NCBI GenBank assembly: GCA_965202585.1
Contig: OZ241827.1
Coordinates: forward strand, 47,616,001-47,680,000
Reading direction: 5' to 3'
DNA length: 64,000 bases
Source: Thalia democratica
Lineage: Eukaryota
Part shown: positions 35,791 to 51,200 of the stretch, in pieces
How positions within the stretch are numbered: position 1 is the stretch's first letter
How the letters are laid out: every line of letters begins with the position of its first letter
The notes under the pieces: model-generated
The model's database searches: none
The model's input: only the letters and a program-made list of their open reading frames with translations
What the model was told of the DNA's origin: nothing
Program-made: the position numbers and the translations under genes

Positions 35791-38029
35791 TCTTATACAA
35801 ACGCTTTGAAGAGATCTTTTATTTATTAAAAAACAAACATTTTCAATTCTGTAAAAAACAAAAAATATATACTAGCAACTAGAGAAAATTAAATCAATTT
35901 TGTAAAATAAAAAATAATAATAATAAATAAAAATCACCATTTTACTAAAATACTGAATTTTATACTTTTACTACAAAATTAAAAGAACACTTATATTTGA
36001 GATTAGTCAGTAAAACTTGATATAACTTTTTCAATTTGAGAAACTGAGAAGACAAATTTTTCTCAAATCGAATAAGTTATATCAAACTTTAAATACATTA
36101 AATACTCAACAATTACTTTGATTAAAGATAAAATCTATAGTTTGTCATTATTTTACCAGATTTATAAACTGGGATCATCTCAACATATTTAAGAGACTCA
36201 GGAAACAAAAAGTACTCTACTGTCAAACAGTTTGGAGAACAACAATTTTATAACCAAGTCTCACAATCTAACACCTGGAATGAAAAATCATAATGCAAAC
36301 TTATAAACCGTTCCACATGTGACTCATAAAAACTTAATACAGATATTTAAAATTTTAAAACTATCTTGTTTTATACAAAACACCAATATTTTTTGATAAT
36401 TAAGTTTTTATTTTTTTATAGGTTTTGTATAATTACAATTATTGGCTATTTTAGTATTTGTAATAATAATATATTATTCCAGAGATTTGCAGATATAAAA
36501 AGGAACTATATGCTTTTTTTATGCTTAAAAAAACTTGTTTCAAGCATAAAATTTTAAATAAGGTTTATTGTTAAATAGATTTTACAAGACATGAAATTAA
36601 AAAACATTTGAAAAAAATTATATTAAGTTAGTTATAATAAAAATTCTTGATTCTAGTGGGTAGCAGTTTTCTGACCACTGTTTTACTGTGACATAACTGC
36701 TTTTTGTAAGTCAAGAGCTAACATTTTCTGAAGCAGCAATAATAATGTAGCATAAATTAGATAAAAGCTCCATATTCTCAAAGCTTTTGCTAATTTGTTT
36801 GATATCTACTAGTGGCCTAAACTAGGTTTTTCTTTTTTTCTTGATACATATTACATACTATAACTAACATATAGGTTATCAGAATAAAAAAATCTCATCA
36901 ATGAATTCATAATAAAGTTTAGTGCTTTTTACTTAAATTATATATTAATATAATAATAGTGGTGTACGACTCTATGACCAAGAGGTTTTTCGTAAAATTT
37001 AGAAAAGTATTTTAGTTTTTTATTTTGTTTTGTTCAATAAACTTGTTTCATATCATGCTCGAGTCCGAGTGTGTTTTGTTAATTTAATGAAATAGTAGAT
37101 CTATCTTGGAGTCTACCTCTACCATAAACTACTTAGATTAAAAAGATAATTTTATACTTCAAAATATTGGGAAAATACTAGTTTTAAATAGGGATATAAT
37201 TAAGAGGTTTGTTGTTTATAAATAAAGAATTTGAAAAAATTGTTAGAAATATTTTATTTTAAATAATGAGTGATTTTTTTCATGTTTTTCTTAAAATTAT
37301 AATTTAGTCAGCCAAAAAAGATTAAAAATTAATTAAACAACACGAGTTTTTTTACATACAAGACTTAAAAATATGAGTAACCTTTGTTTAAAAATACTTG
37401 TTATTTTGAAATTTACTTTATTTATTTTGTTAATGCTAAAAATGAAAATGTTTTTTGTAGTTGTGTTCTGGTAACTTTGAAAAAGTTTAAAGGCATATAA
37501 TAAAAATATGAACCTAAACACTTAAAAATACAGTGTTTGATGTTTAGGAACCGTAATATTTTTTTAAATTTTAAAGTTGTAAAAATTACATAATTAAATC
37601 AAACACAAAGTAAACGTCTAAAACTCTAAAACCAATAAAAAACATTTAAATAGTTAATGAAGAAAATTTTTATTGGAACTTTTAGAAGTGGAAACTGGCA
37701 ACAATTTGAATTTTTAAACATTTTTAATCACGATTAGTAATACAACAATTATTTTTTTTTTTTAATGTTGTAAAAAAGCAAAGTAACACTTTTTGTTTTT
37801 AATCGTTTTATGTAACTAATGATTTTTTAATTATTCTTACTTTTATTTAGTTCCTAACATAATTTATAGTTTTTAACTTATGACCCTCAATATATTAATG
37901 AACTTTTTTACTAAATAGTGATTTCATAATTTTGAAGGCAGAAACTAAACAATAATTTCGAAACTGTTCATTTAAAGAATAAACTTTAAGTTTATTCTTT
38001 TTTAGATCACTTGTTTAAGATATATATTA

Positions 38030-38148
38030 TTTATTGAACGACAAAAAAATACGCTTAAAAAGTTTGGTTCAAGGACCTGGTGTACAATAAACCTTTCGGT
38101 TATCGATTCATACACCAAAACAGTTTAATGTTATGCCCAGGAACAAAC
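38030..38148 (+). repeat. ~125-bp dispersed repeat, copy 2
   Basis: tattgaacgacaaa...aaggacctggtgtac...cctttcggttatcga. Confidence 0.85.
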
Positions 38149-41100
38149 TTTAAATTACATAACAAACAGTTTTGTTTTTAACCATTGATAAACAGCTTTT
38201 TCAACACCTCTTTTTTTAACAGATTAAAGGCAATTATAAGGTAAAGAAGAAAGTTTCTTAATAAAAAAAATAGTAAGAGTTTTTGCAAGTTCTATAGAAG
38301 ATTATTAAAACTTTAAATGATTATCTTTTATTCTATTTTACTTGTGATGGTACTTGGTTTATTCTATTTCTACATGCTTTTTTTTCACAAATTGTTATAA
38401 AAGCAAAAAGTAAATCCTTATAATGTTTTTTAAAGATTTTTATAAAAAAGCAAACTAATGTATTTTAGTCTTATTATGTTACAAAAAAACTTTTTTTTTT
38501 ATGATACTACCCTGCACTGCGGGTTAACTAATTTCAAAAATTGTTTAAAAAGGAAAAAATCGTTATTAATGCCGTTTAGCAATGTAAAATTAATTGACAA
38601 ATGTTAAAATTTTTGAATAAATTTAAAATTTTGATAATTGAATTAACCTTTTAACAGATAACTTTGTACTGCTCAAATGTTTAAAATAAAATTCTGGCTT
38701 AATAACTAAAGATCTTAAGGTCACTATCACAAAATTTTATAAAACTTAATATTTTACAAGATATCTAATAAACATTTAAATTTACATTTTTTAAAGTTTC
38801 AATTTTTGGATTTTTTGTTAATCTTTTTGGACTATTTTTTCTAATTTAAAGTGATCCTCCGAAGTCTTTAAGCATTGTACGACTTTAATATTAAAAATAA
38901 TGAAACTTAGTAATAATATTGTGAACTACATGATTAAATGTATGCTTTTAAGATACGAGCATAAAGTTATTGTTATAGGAAAATCTATTAATTTTTCAAA
39001 AAACATAAAACTTTAATGTCAATTATTTTCCTTATCTTAAAAGCTATCTAAAATTTTTTTTTTATTTTAGAGAACGCACCTTTGCCTTTAATTTAAAAAA
39101 AAAATTATTTAATTTGGGGTTGGAATTATTTCATGGGGTCCCTCAAAAAATAAAGGTTTTTTTTCGTTTTTTTTCATCAAATGGTATTAGAACCAATAAT
39201 AAATATTTTTTTTTAATTTTTTTTTTTGATTTCCCTTAGTTTGCATGTTATAAAAACTCGTAAATAGTTATTTTATAAATAATGTTAATATCTTTTACGA
39301 TTTGGCCCAAAATCAAAATGTAGTATATTACACTATCATTTGCCTTGGCCATTTCCTAGATAAAAAATTGATAAAAGGAAAAAAAAAGTTAATAAGAATG
39401 TGAATTACATCAAACTAAATTAAAATAAAATAATTCAATTAAATTTGTTGTATATTCACAATTGATAAGTATATAAGTAATATTAATGCACACTATGTTG
39501 AAACACCTTCGAATAATGCAACGTAAGAGTACATTAAATTTAACTCACTTATTGTTTCTTTCTTTTCTGTTTTGTTTTTCATAAATAGTTTAACAAACAG
39601 AAATAAAGTTAAAGTAGCATATTTAGCCTTTTAAAAATATTTAAATAATATCTACTAAAACTATTTTGACATTCTGATACTTAACTACATCTCTAACTGT
39701 ACACACACATAAATTGAAATATATTTTAGTTTGCAAGGAATTCGCTTGACATTTGCAAATTTATTGAACTTAATACACAGTTCAACTAAACGGAATATAG
39801 TTAAATATGAACCAAATTGTAATCTATTTTTTAACACTAAAAAACACTTTTTTTATTAGATATAGTTGTAACTAAGTATTTAGTTCTTCAACAAATATGA
39901 CATCTTTTTCATACTTTGATAATAAATTTTCATACTTTTAACTTTTTTTATTAGTTTTATCACAAAGTTAATATTAAAACTTAAAGATTTCTTTAAGTTT
40001 TTTAAAAATACACATTTATTCAGAATTTTTTCAAGCTTACTTGATACTATTTTGTGATAACCAATATAGAACTAAGGTTTATATACTACCTTAATGGTTT
40101 TATAAAAAATAAGATATATTAAAAATGTTTTAAAGCGTTAAGTTTACTATTGTATAATAATCTTTAGCTATTCTTATCAAATATTACAACATAATGTTTA
40201 AAACTTGTTAAATATTTTTTAAGTGTTTTAGTTTAAAAATAAGGGTTTTGTTAATTATATTTTCATATATGAAGTACAAATTTATAAAATAAAGCATTTA
40301 TAAAGTGTTTTTTTTTAATTTTTAATAGCAAAGCATAAAATATTTATAATATTGTTTTCTTACGTGAAATATTGAAAGTTTTCCTCCTTTAAGTTTTTCC
40401 GGCTTTTTAAAGTAATAGTATTAGTTCTTGACCATTAAGTTAAAATTTTCATTAAACTAGTTATAACTTGGTGATACTAAGTAGATAGCTCATTAAACTA
40501 ATTTATTTTCAGTCTATTTCAAACAAAATTGTCCACTTAGTATTAACATTGTGTTATTTATTCGAAATATATAGTTTTATGATAGTAAAGATGATATAAA
40601 TTTTAAATTGTTAAAACAAAAATACATTTCAAATAATTCTTTTTATTTAAAAATGTTTTAACTACTGAATATTGTGCAACATTGAGTAAATTTAATTTGT
40701 TTCAAATGTTTTACACTAAGTTTTTGTGCTTAATCAGTTTCATTACTTGTTAAAGTTTAAATCTAATACAACAAGCATTTCTTAATTTAGAATGCTTCTT
40801 TAACTTTTATAAAACATGTAAACAAATAAGGACGTAATTTTTAATATAAGAATTATAAGCCCTAAAACTTTGTTGTGTTAATTTTTATGACTTAAAAGTA
40901 TATTTTTTGTAATATTTTAGTTGGTTTGACTACTAATATTTAACTACTATAAGTATTTTTACATGTAAAAACAACATTTAGTATTAAAATAAAGTTAAAA
41001 AAATATTGTTCTGCTTAAGACATTTCAACACTTTTATAAAGTTTTATAAAAACTACAGTCCTTTTTAGTTTTTGTTGAAAATCATAAACAAGCTATATTT

Positions 41101-43337
41101 ATGAAAAATTTATTTTTAAGTTATATTTTTACTTTTTAAGTTATAAAGCCATACTGATAGGTTTCCAAAGAAATTAGCTCATTAGTTTATTTTTTCATTA
41201 TTAACTTTTTAAGCAAGACAACTTTAAACTTTACAGAGTATTTATTTACTTAGTAAGTATTTTCGAATAACATGTTTATAATTTCCATACGTTAAAAGTT
41301 ACGTTTGTCATTTTATATTACAAAGATTTGAAAATTGAAAGAATATTGTTTATTTCGATTGCTGTTTAAAAATAAATAAAACTTTAAGCTAATCAATTTT
41401 CATCTCATAAATTATATTTATATGTACAACGAACTTAATGCTCTTCAGCATGTACTTTAAGTTTTGAAAAATTTGAAACTCAAATAGTTTGAAATATTTA
41501 ATAGATAGTTTAGAAAGTCAGGTAAACAAAAATAACTTACTTGTACAACATGTTTTAAAATTTTTACAAAAGATACAAGGATAACACAACGTATCTATCA
41601 ACGGTTATCTCAATTTAGTTATAAAAATTTTAACATTGAGTTGTAGTGGTGTTACTACTAAAAACTTTATACTAAAACTTTATGCTTTAATGCTTGTTAC
41701 TAAACTTTTTATTAACTTATTTCATTTTAGTGAAAAGTAAGAAAGCATATAGTTTTACTGTTGATAATATACTTGTTTTTTATTTATTTATTGTTTTAGT
41801 TGTATTTAAAAAGTTTAAAGAACATACTTGTTTAAAGAACAGCTTTACTTTTTCTTTTAACTTTTTATTGAAGTATGAAAAATTCACCAGTTTTTAGAGC
41901 ATTCTCTTTTTATTTAAGTACTTTATTTGAAAATAATTTATTATGATAAAAATATATAAATAACAATAGCTATCATAAACAAACATTATGATATTGCTCA
42001 TTAGTTGTACAAGTATAAACGTATAAACTACATATACAAAATTTATATTACTACAGCATTTATAATTTTTTTTAAAAGATTTGATTAAACATAAAACTAT
42101 TAAAATTTTGCTACAAAAATAAAGTTTTAGTAAAATCAAGATAAACATTGTGCTACTTTTAGGTATTTAAGCTGATAAAATAGATTTGCAACAAAAATAT
42201 TCCAATGAAGGAGTAGGACTGTTGTGAGAATATTGAAAACTTAAGATATTGAAACTTTTTAATTTACAAATTATATTATATTATTTTTTGTTTCAATCTA
42301 TATGATATACTTTTTTTATGAAAATTGCTCATTCGCACCACCTCAAATAACAAAGTAAGAATTGAGTTTACATTTAACGTTTTTTTTATATTTTAAAGCT
42401 ATAACTTAATGTTTCAACAAAAAAAAAAAGCAAAATTAATAAAAATATCTTTTTTAGAAACTAATAATCTGCACTTTTTTACATACTTTATGTTGACTAA
42501 TTTAGGGATAAAGCATATTTTTTTCTAATATTTGTTCCTTTAAACTTACACTGTACACTGCTCCGTGTTTATTTACTTAATTTCTAACTTGAATATGTCT
42601 GAATATTTTTTTATCATGTTACATCAATTTTACAAAAATTTGTTCATATGATGCCTTGTTTAAAAAAAAATCGATAGAAATTGAATAAATAAATACAAAG
42701 ACAAACTAATTTACTAATGAAAATATAGTCGAAGCTGATAGTATTATACATATTTCAGCTATCCTAAAACTGCACTTTTTGTTTAAACTTTACAGAAAAC
42801 AGTTTTGCGTTCTCTCGTTATACAAGCGTATTATCATAAAACTGTATCGAGCAACTTTGATGAAAAAACTAAATATGAACAGTTACAACAAGATATGACT
42901 TTAAAAATTAATGTAAAAAAAACCTAGATATTCAGTTTAGGTTGAACTATATTATAAGATAATTAGTTTTTTTTTTTCAAATTAAAGGTAAAAAACATTT
43001 CTATTCGATTGAAAAGTATAGAAAACTAAAAGATCTTTTTTATTGTATTCACAATATAATTCAAAACTACTATCAACAAGTAAAAAGTTTTTTTATGAAA
43101 ATTGTGTATTCTGCTTTTAGGTAGTGTAATCGTGTTTTATAAGACACTTAATTAATAAAACGTGATAGCATGAACGTAGTTTTTTTTCAATAATTATAGA
43201 TATACCTACTAATTTTTAAAATAACGTTATGAAAAACAAACATTATATGTAAACACAGAAGAGTTTTTCCCATTAATATAACTTACCTTAAATTTGTTAT
43301 ATTGTTTGCTTATTTAATTTACAGCTTTTATTATACG

Positions 43338-45810
43338 ATGAGCGTTTCTTTTAAAAAGCATAAAGATTTTTTTTTCATTGGAGCTCTTTTTATTGTTTTG
43401 GTCTATCTCTTTACTAGCAACAAAAAAAGCTGCGATGCAGAACTGGTGAAAAACGAATTTGCTAAAAGAGAAAATTCAACTGCTGAGGTAGAGTACATCA
43501 AAAACGACGGTAGAATAATTCCTATTTTGCAACAAAATAACTACATGAGTCGAGTCGTCTACAATAGAGTTGGCAAGTGCGGCAGCAGAACAATGCAAAA
43601 CGTTATTCGAAAACTCGCGAAGAAAAACAACTTTAATTTTTTTATTTCGCCAATCACAAGTGATTTTCACCCGAAGCTGACCGATTTGGCAAACGAAGTT
43701 GAGTTGATTTCATCGATCGCACCTCCGATGTTATACTCGAGACACATACACTATGTGGCTTTTGAAAAGTTTGGAGCTGCTCAAAAAAAACCGATATTCA
43801 TTAATTTAATACGTGATCCAGTTAGCAGGTATGTTGTTTTTTAAAATAGTTTGATTTTCTTTGTCTGAAATAGTTAAACTGAAAAGCACTATATTTAGGT
43901 GAATGATATGTGTATATGGTAAAGTATAAAAAGCATGTTATGTTATGTTTTTACAAATTCAAGACTCAAAAAAACAGTGTTACTAGTGATATTGAAAAGC
44001 AGTGTATCTATTTTACTTTTATTTTACTATACGACAAGCTAATTAAAACATATTCATTTAAAAATAGATAAAATTAATTTGAAACTGTAAAATTTATTAA
44101 CTATGCTATTTATTTAAACTATTTATTTAAATATACTAATCAAAGGAAACATCTGCGAAAGTCTACAGAGTCTAAGCCTGGACTTTCATATGCTGTGAGA
44201 CAAGCTGAAGTTAACATAAAAACTTGATCATACCATGCAAATTTTTCGGCTTCGGCTGACTGGCTAGTTTTAATAAAAACTAAACCCGGGTCTCAGTCTA
44301 CCGAAAGCTTGTGGTCTTATTATTGAATTGGCATGATTAAACTTTTATGTAAACTTTTGTATAAACGCATAGTGTTTCGTTTCACATAAAACAATGAAAA
44401 AATATAGTTTTAAAACTTAAAAAAAGTTGTTTAGTATTGTTACATTCGGAAAATATTGTTTTTCACCATTGAAAGAGAAATTTTTCTAGATAGTTGGACT
44501 AATTCCAACTTTATTTCAAACTAAAGTTATACTTACATAATTCATTTACAAGCAACTATAAAACAAAAAGCTAGAAAAACATTGGTGAACCTATGTTTTG
44601 AAAAATATTCATTATGTTTACTTTTAATTTTTTTTAAACTGTCATCGAAAAAAAATCTAGTCCCAATATATAAGTATTACAAGATTTATAAACATGCTTA
44701 AAATAAAAGTTAAATTTAAAAATAATGATATAATTTTATCTTAAAACGCAATATGTAGTACTTTTAACTTACTTTAAGATATAAACATTTAAAAGATGTT
44801 AAAAAATATCATTATTAAATAACGTTCTAAAATTACAAAATAGCGTATGTCTAAAATTTAAAAGACTAAGTAAAAATTATGGCAAGGGTAATTTATTTGT
44901 TTTAGTATATATATTTCAAGTTCAATTTAGTTTTTTGTACATACTTAGTTACAACACCATAAACCTGCTATCTTTGCATTTACCAATTAACGTTGTTAAA
45001 CAGGTAGTATTAAGTTGGATTGTATATCACAATGACTTTAAAACAAATATTTTATACTAAGATTTGTGTAAAGCAAAGTTGTCAAATTTCTTATTGTTTA
45101 AATGCCAGTTGCGCACTTAAGTTTGAAAAAAATATTTTTGTTTTAAATTAAAACTTCACGCTCGAGTAGTTAAAACAATTTGTTTTAACAACTATGCTAT
45201 AGAGATAACTAATTTTTGAAGTGCTAAAAAGTATTACAAAACCGTAAATCTAAAAAATATGAAAACATTTTCTTAACTTTAAAACGTTTATTTTTCCAGG
45301 TTTTCTTCTGATTACCACTTTAAAAGGTTCGGTGACGAGAGAAAAGCCGTCGGAAGGTCCAATTCTTTGTCCAAAGAGCAGATAAACCTGAACATAAACG
45401 ACTGTATAATTGAGGGTCACGACGAATGCACTTTGCCCATCAAAATCTGGTACATTGTGCCATATTTTTGTGGACAGGCCCCTTTTTGTCGAAATCCAAA
45501 CAGAGATGCTTTGCAAATGGCGAAGCAAAATGTTGTCAAAAACTACCTAATAGTCGGTGTTTTGGAAGATTTTGGGGGTTTTTTGAAGGTTCTAGAAACG
45601 CTTTTACCGAAGCATTTTAGCAAATCTACAAAAGCCTACGAGGAGTTTTTGAGCGATGCTAAAACTAAAGGAACTGGCTCGCTAGGAAAAGTGAAGTTAA
45701 ATGAAAAAGCAACTAGCCTGCTGAGAGAACGCATGGCTTTGGAGTATGAGTTTTATAATTTTGTAAATCAAATTTTTATAGACGTAACGAGAAGTTTAAA
45801 AATAGTTTAA
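43338..45810 (+). CDS. UST: Uronyl 2-O-sulfotransferase (chondroitin/dermatan sulfate), Golgi type II membrane protein
   Basis: Two exons, 43338-43828 and 45300-45810, with a phase-2 GT-AG intron. N-terminal TM segment FFFIGALFIVLVYLF. 5'-PSB motif YNRVGKCGSRT is UST-type (HS2ST has YNRVPKTASTS). 3'-PB motif INLIRDPVSRFSSDYHFKRFGD, followed by YFCGQ and NYLIVGVLE. Confidence 0.93.
44137..44346 (-). repeat. Diverged inverted copy of the 8199-8410 hairpin element in the UST intron
   Basis: gcgaaagtct...ggactttc...gtgagacaagct...ttgatcat and ggtctcagtctaccgaaa...gaattggcatgat match the 8199-8410 element; the left hairpin arm has decayed. Confidence 0.8.
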
Positions 45811-47261
45811 ACAAACTTGGTAGTATAAAATACCTTTTTATTTTGCTTACACGTTTTTATTTTTAAGATCTAAGTTTCAAATCAAGTATTCTAAAAACAT
45901 TTCAGTACATAGTCTTACTTCATTTTAATAGTCGCACTTTTCTAGGTATTTACGACACACAAAATTCTGTGAATTTTAGGTAATATGCTATAAAAGTTTA
46001 GTAAACTTTTATTTTTGTTTATTAAGCAGATTGGCAAAATAGCTTTATTTTTGAAACCAAAGTTTTTTTTTAATTAACTAAATGACTAGACAAAAAAGCA
46101 TTAACTATAAATTTTTGTGTAATTTTATTTATTTTTATTTATAAAATGTTGATAAATAACTTCTGTCTATAGATTTTTTTTTAATCAAATTTGTTTCCGA
46201 AAATTTTATACTACACTCAGTGAATATTTCATACTTATCTTTATATTATTAAAAGTACTTTTGTTTTTTAATAAAAAGAAATAAACTTTTGAAGATCATA
46301 TTAAGAAACTTATCTAAAAAAATTAGAATTATCGGACTTATAAACTTGTTTAGAAAAGTAACTTGATTAACTAATTTTTTAATGGCAAATACTGATTTAA
46401 TTTGTTCATAGATAATGTAAATTTAATAAGTTTCATGGTTTTTTTACCTAAATTCTTAGCGTATAAAATAGTATAGAGTATTTATTAGTAATAAAAATAA
46501 AAGCTTACTCTTGTAAAATCGGTTTCACAAATTCATATTTAACTAGTTTTAGAATATCTCCTAATGCTTGGATGAAGGTTTATTAAATTTTGTTAAATTT
46601 AGTTTATTCGCGCAGAAACTACTATGATTTTTATTTTTATAATTCAGTTATATGGTTATACATGTACGATATATTATTATTGTATTTTTATTGTTTAACG
46701 ATCGACCTAGTTATCAAAACCTGGCCACTTAGCTGAAAGACGCACTAAAAGATACGAAATAGAAAAATAAACACAAAAAGTTAATTTTTTAAACAAAATA
46801 TTTAAAATTATAATATAATAAAATTTTTAAAAATTTAAGCATGCATCAAGAGTTATAGTTATAGTTAATCATAAAAAAAACATTTTGCATTAATAAATAA
46901 ACAAATGACGGAGCAATACATCTGTATTAGCAAAAAGTATGTATTTTTATTATCCAAAAAACTTTTAATCTACTTTTATTTTAAGAAAAAAAAAGCATTA
47001 ACGTAAACTAACATTGTTAAACCATTAGATGAACCAATTAAATTTGAATTATTTTCAATATAAATGTGGTAAAAAAATTACGTTTACTAAAAAAAAAACG
47101 TTTTACGAGAAAATAGTATTACCTTATTCCTTTTAAGTTTGGCATAGACTTGAAATTCTACTCAGTCCTTTTTTTCGGTTTAAAGTTTAGATTTCTTTTA
47201 CGTTCTAAACAGTCATATAAAATTATTTAGCTTTGAAAGTGAACCATAGTTTAATTCAATA

Positions 47262-47370
47262 TTGTTTATTGAACGACAAATTCTTAGGACCGAAAAATGC
47301 ACGAAAAAACCTTTCAGTTATCGAGTCGCACACCACTCAGATACCTTTTAACGTCTTGTCCAAGACAAAG
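47262..47370 (+). repeat. ~125-bp dispersed repeat, copy 3
   Basis: tattgaacgacaaa...gcacgaaaaaacctttcagttatcgagtcgcacaccac...ttgtccaagac. Confidence 0.85.
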
Positions 47371-48221
47371 TAATGATACTGTTAATAAACTTATGTTTAT
47401 AAATAAGTTATGTTTTCTTTGAAATGGTTTAGCATTTAACATTTCATGAAAAGTAAATCTAATGATATTAAAAGTATATTTGTTTGATTTAGAACGAAAA
47501 GAATTGTTTAAGTATCAAAGCTTAGGTTACTTTAATAGTACTTTATTTTATAAGACTAAAATAAGTTTTAAATAACACATAACAACGAATATAATTGTAG
47601 TTTCGTACATACAAAAAATTTTCTGTTAAATAGTTGTCAAATAAATAAAATATTTCCGATAAAAGACTAGACTAGTGTTGTAGATATGAATTAATTATAT
47701 TCAGCTATTTCTGTCTTTAATAAACGGTTTACTGAATTGAAGATATTTGCATTAAAACTTAAAAGTTTTGTGTAATATTTACTCATTATTGCTAAGGAGT
47801 TTTATTTTCTTGAAATTTAAAATACATTTTATTTAAAAAAAAAAACATTACAATTTACATGTATTGAAAAGCAAGAAAAAAGAAGTTAAGTAAAAAAAAA
47901 TTGTTTTTTAGTTAGTGCCTAAATTACTATTTTTCTTACAACAGTAAATAAAAAACTGCAAAAGACGTTTAACTTACAACTTTTTTCTTGTTTTAATATT
48001 TTTTTTCTATAACTAAATATAAATTTTCTTTGCTTTCCTTTTGCTAAAAACATGAAAATCAAGTGGAGTTGTAGAAGTTCAAGTTTTAAAAAGTAAGAAA
48101 AAATAAATTTGCTTGAGGCAATCAACGGTACAAACACTTTCTTGTTGCAAACTTTTAAAAGGTACAAAACTTTAACAAAATTGTGTTAATCTTAAAAACT
48201 TCATATGCAATCTAAACAGTT

Positions 48222-51200
48222 ATGAGGTAAGTTTTGAGAACATTTGTTACAGTGCTTGAGATTGCAGATTTAAAATTTTATTTATATTAACTATTTTTTT
48301 ACCATTTAAAGTATTTGAACATAACCTGTATAGTTTTTAAAACCAACTTTGTTACTTTATTGATTTGGAAAAGTAGGTATTACAAGTTAAAATGCAAGTT
48401 CTTTCAAAGAAACTTTTAAATCAATTTTATTATATCAAAAAACATTTAAAAAATTTTCAGATTATAAGTTTATCCGCATACTCTTAACAACCTTTCAATG
48501 CAATAGTGTATTAAAAGAAAATATAAAAGATCAACAAACTAATAGTTGAAAAATTAACTATAGATTTGTACAATTCAGACAACTCTTTCAAATGTTATTA
48601 TTACATAAGTTTGAATCGAAGCTATTCAAAAATATAATTTTATAACAAATTAAAAAAAAGCTTCATTTTTATAAGCTAGTTACAACAACTTTAAAAAATA
48701 AGCATTAAACTTAAATAAATTTACAATATACGCTATTTTGCTAAACTATTTATAAATATTTATTCTTATTACTGTAAAACAATCTTTTATTGTTTTTAAA
48801 CTTGTTAGGTGTAGTTCCAACAAAAGAAAATGTAGAAGTTCTGTGCGAACGATTATTGTCGTACTTAGCATCCTTTTATGGGTAAGGTTTGAATATAAAT
48901 ATTTATAATGATAGTTGTTCATTAAAATGTTAACCTTTAATTCAATTTTCTGAGATAAAAACATAAAATATTGTTTATACTTTTAATTCACAAGTTAAAA
49001 TTGAACCATAATTTTGTTATCAAACATAAAGTTTAGTTTATATATAGTAATTAAAGTAAAAATAAACTTGTAAAAACTTTATTACCTATAGCATAACTTG
49101 TAAATGAGCTACTTTGTTTATAAGTTTGTTCTACAAATAAAAAAGCTTACAAGTTAAAGTTTTTGAATGTTTTTTCTACATATAGTTTTAAACTGAGTTT
49201 TTGTTTATATACTAATCCGTTAATTTTATGTTTACATGCAAAAATAACCTATGTTTTTTAAGATTGTCGTTAAAAAGAAAATTTTTATTTATTTTTTCTT
49301 TGTAAAGTTATTTATATTTCTTGTTTCATATTTTCAAGTAACTCCAGTTTTGATGTCTGGGACCTACGTCGCAGAATATAAACAATTAAACAATATGTAA
49401 TAAAAAGTAAAACAAATTACAAAACTAACATTTTAGTTATATTTAAACCATGTTGTTACATATTGAAAAAAAAAATTAAAGGTAAAACTAAGACAAATCA
49501 AAGTATCTCATTTAAGATTACCAAATAAAATTAAAATTGTTTCTTTTTTAAACAATAGTAATACTAAACTTTAATTTTAATCTTTTAATGCTTCGTTTAA
49601 CAATTTAAAAGTTTTGAACTTGGCAATTAATCAAAACTTTGCAAAGAAAAGAATGATTCATGTGTTCCATTAAAATGTTTAAATCTTCAACTTTTACCTT
49701 TTCAAATATCTTATTATAATTTCTTAATATTTTTTTAAGTTTTATTTTTATTGCTTAATTATAGGTAGAAAATTTCAATCAATCAAAAATATTTGTTAAT
49801 GGTAACAAATTTAATTCAAACACATTTATCCTGCTGATTAAAGCTAAATTGTTTTCATATAAAATAAACACAATCAAACGTTAATATTTTGTTCCAAGTT
49901 TTATTTAAAATTACAAACACCTGCTATTGATTAAGTAAAAGTAATTTAAGTTTTAAACATGATTGATCCGTTTTCTCATACTTGAAATAAATTTTAAAGT
50001 TTATAGGATGTGCAATAATGAGTTTCAGTGGATGGCTTTTGTATATAGATGAAGCTGCAATTCTTTACTACAAAAGTTTCACTGTTTTTTCTACTGGTTA
50101 GCAGCTTTAAATAGACGAAATTGATAATAGCTCTACAACATACAAATAGAAAAAAATATGAAAATTTTAAACTTTTTTTAAAATTATTTAAATCAATTTA
50201 AAGCTTTAATTTTAAATCTAATTTTAGACATTTTTAGACTCATACAAAAAAGTAAATTCTAACTAAAACTACCAACTTATATTTAAATAATTCTTTTTTG
50301 CATTAATTAAATACGACTAAGCCTAATAGCTAATTGATAGTAATGTTAGTGCCTAAATTGTCAAATTTTGAAGTAAGACTTAGTTCAAATGTTTTTTTAA
50401 GTCTATTAGACTTTTTAACTCTAAAATAACAAGTGCAATTATCTATAATATATGTATCTAAAATTTTAAAATTATGTCTAGATAAGTGTATAATTACTTA
50501 ATATAACTGTCTACTTAAAAAAATGATATATGTTATGTCTAAAATCAACACACTGCTAATTTTAAGTTTTGTTTTAAATAAGAAAAAATTATTCAAATTA
50601 TAAAATAAAAAGTGATTTTAAGCAAAAAATACAACTAAGTAAGTTTTTCTTTCGTTATTGGTTTAGTTATTATAAATACCCTGAATTTCAAATACTTTCT
50701 TATTAGTGTTTATGTGTTTAAATAAAAAGTTGTAACCTTATTTTTGGGGAACGGGTCAAGATTGCACGAAGACAAAGTTGCACGAGGTTACTGAATTGCA
50801 CGAAGACAAAATTCCACGAAGATACTTTTGTACGAAGACAAATTTGTACGAGATGTCAAAACTGCATAAAGAATATTTTGCACCAAAGGTCAATTTTGCA
50901 CGGAGGGTTATTTTTGCACGAGAGTAAAATAGAACAAAAAAAACAGAAGAAATAAACTAGAATATAAGCTAATAAAAAAACAAAACAAAAAGTTACTGAC
51001 CGAGGGTAAGGGTTAGGCTTAGGGGTAACAGTGATAGTAAAAATATAACTAAAATTTAAAAAAAAAGTCAACCCGTGCAAATTGTCTCCGTGCAAAAGTG
51101 TCTTCGTACAAACTTATCTTCGTGTAATTTTATCCCCTCGTGCAAAAGTTTCTTGGTGCAAAAGTATCTTCGTGCAATTTTGTACGCTCATGCAAATTTG

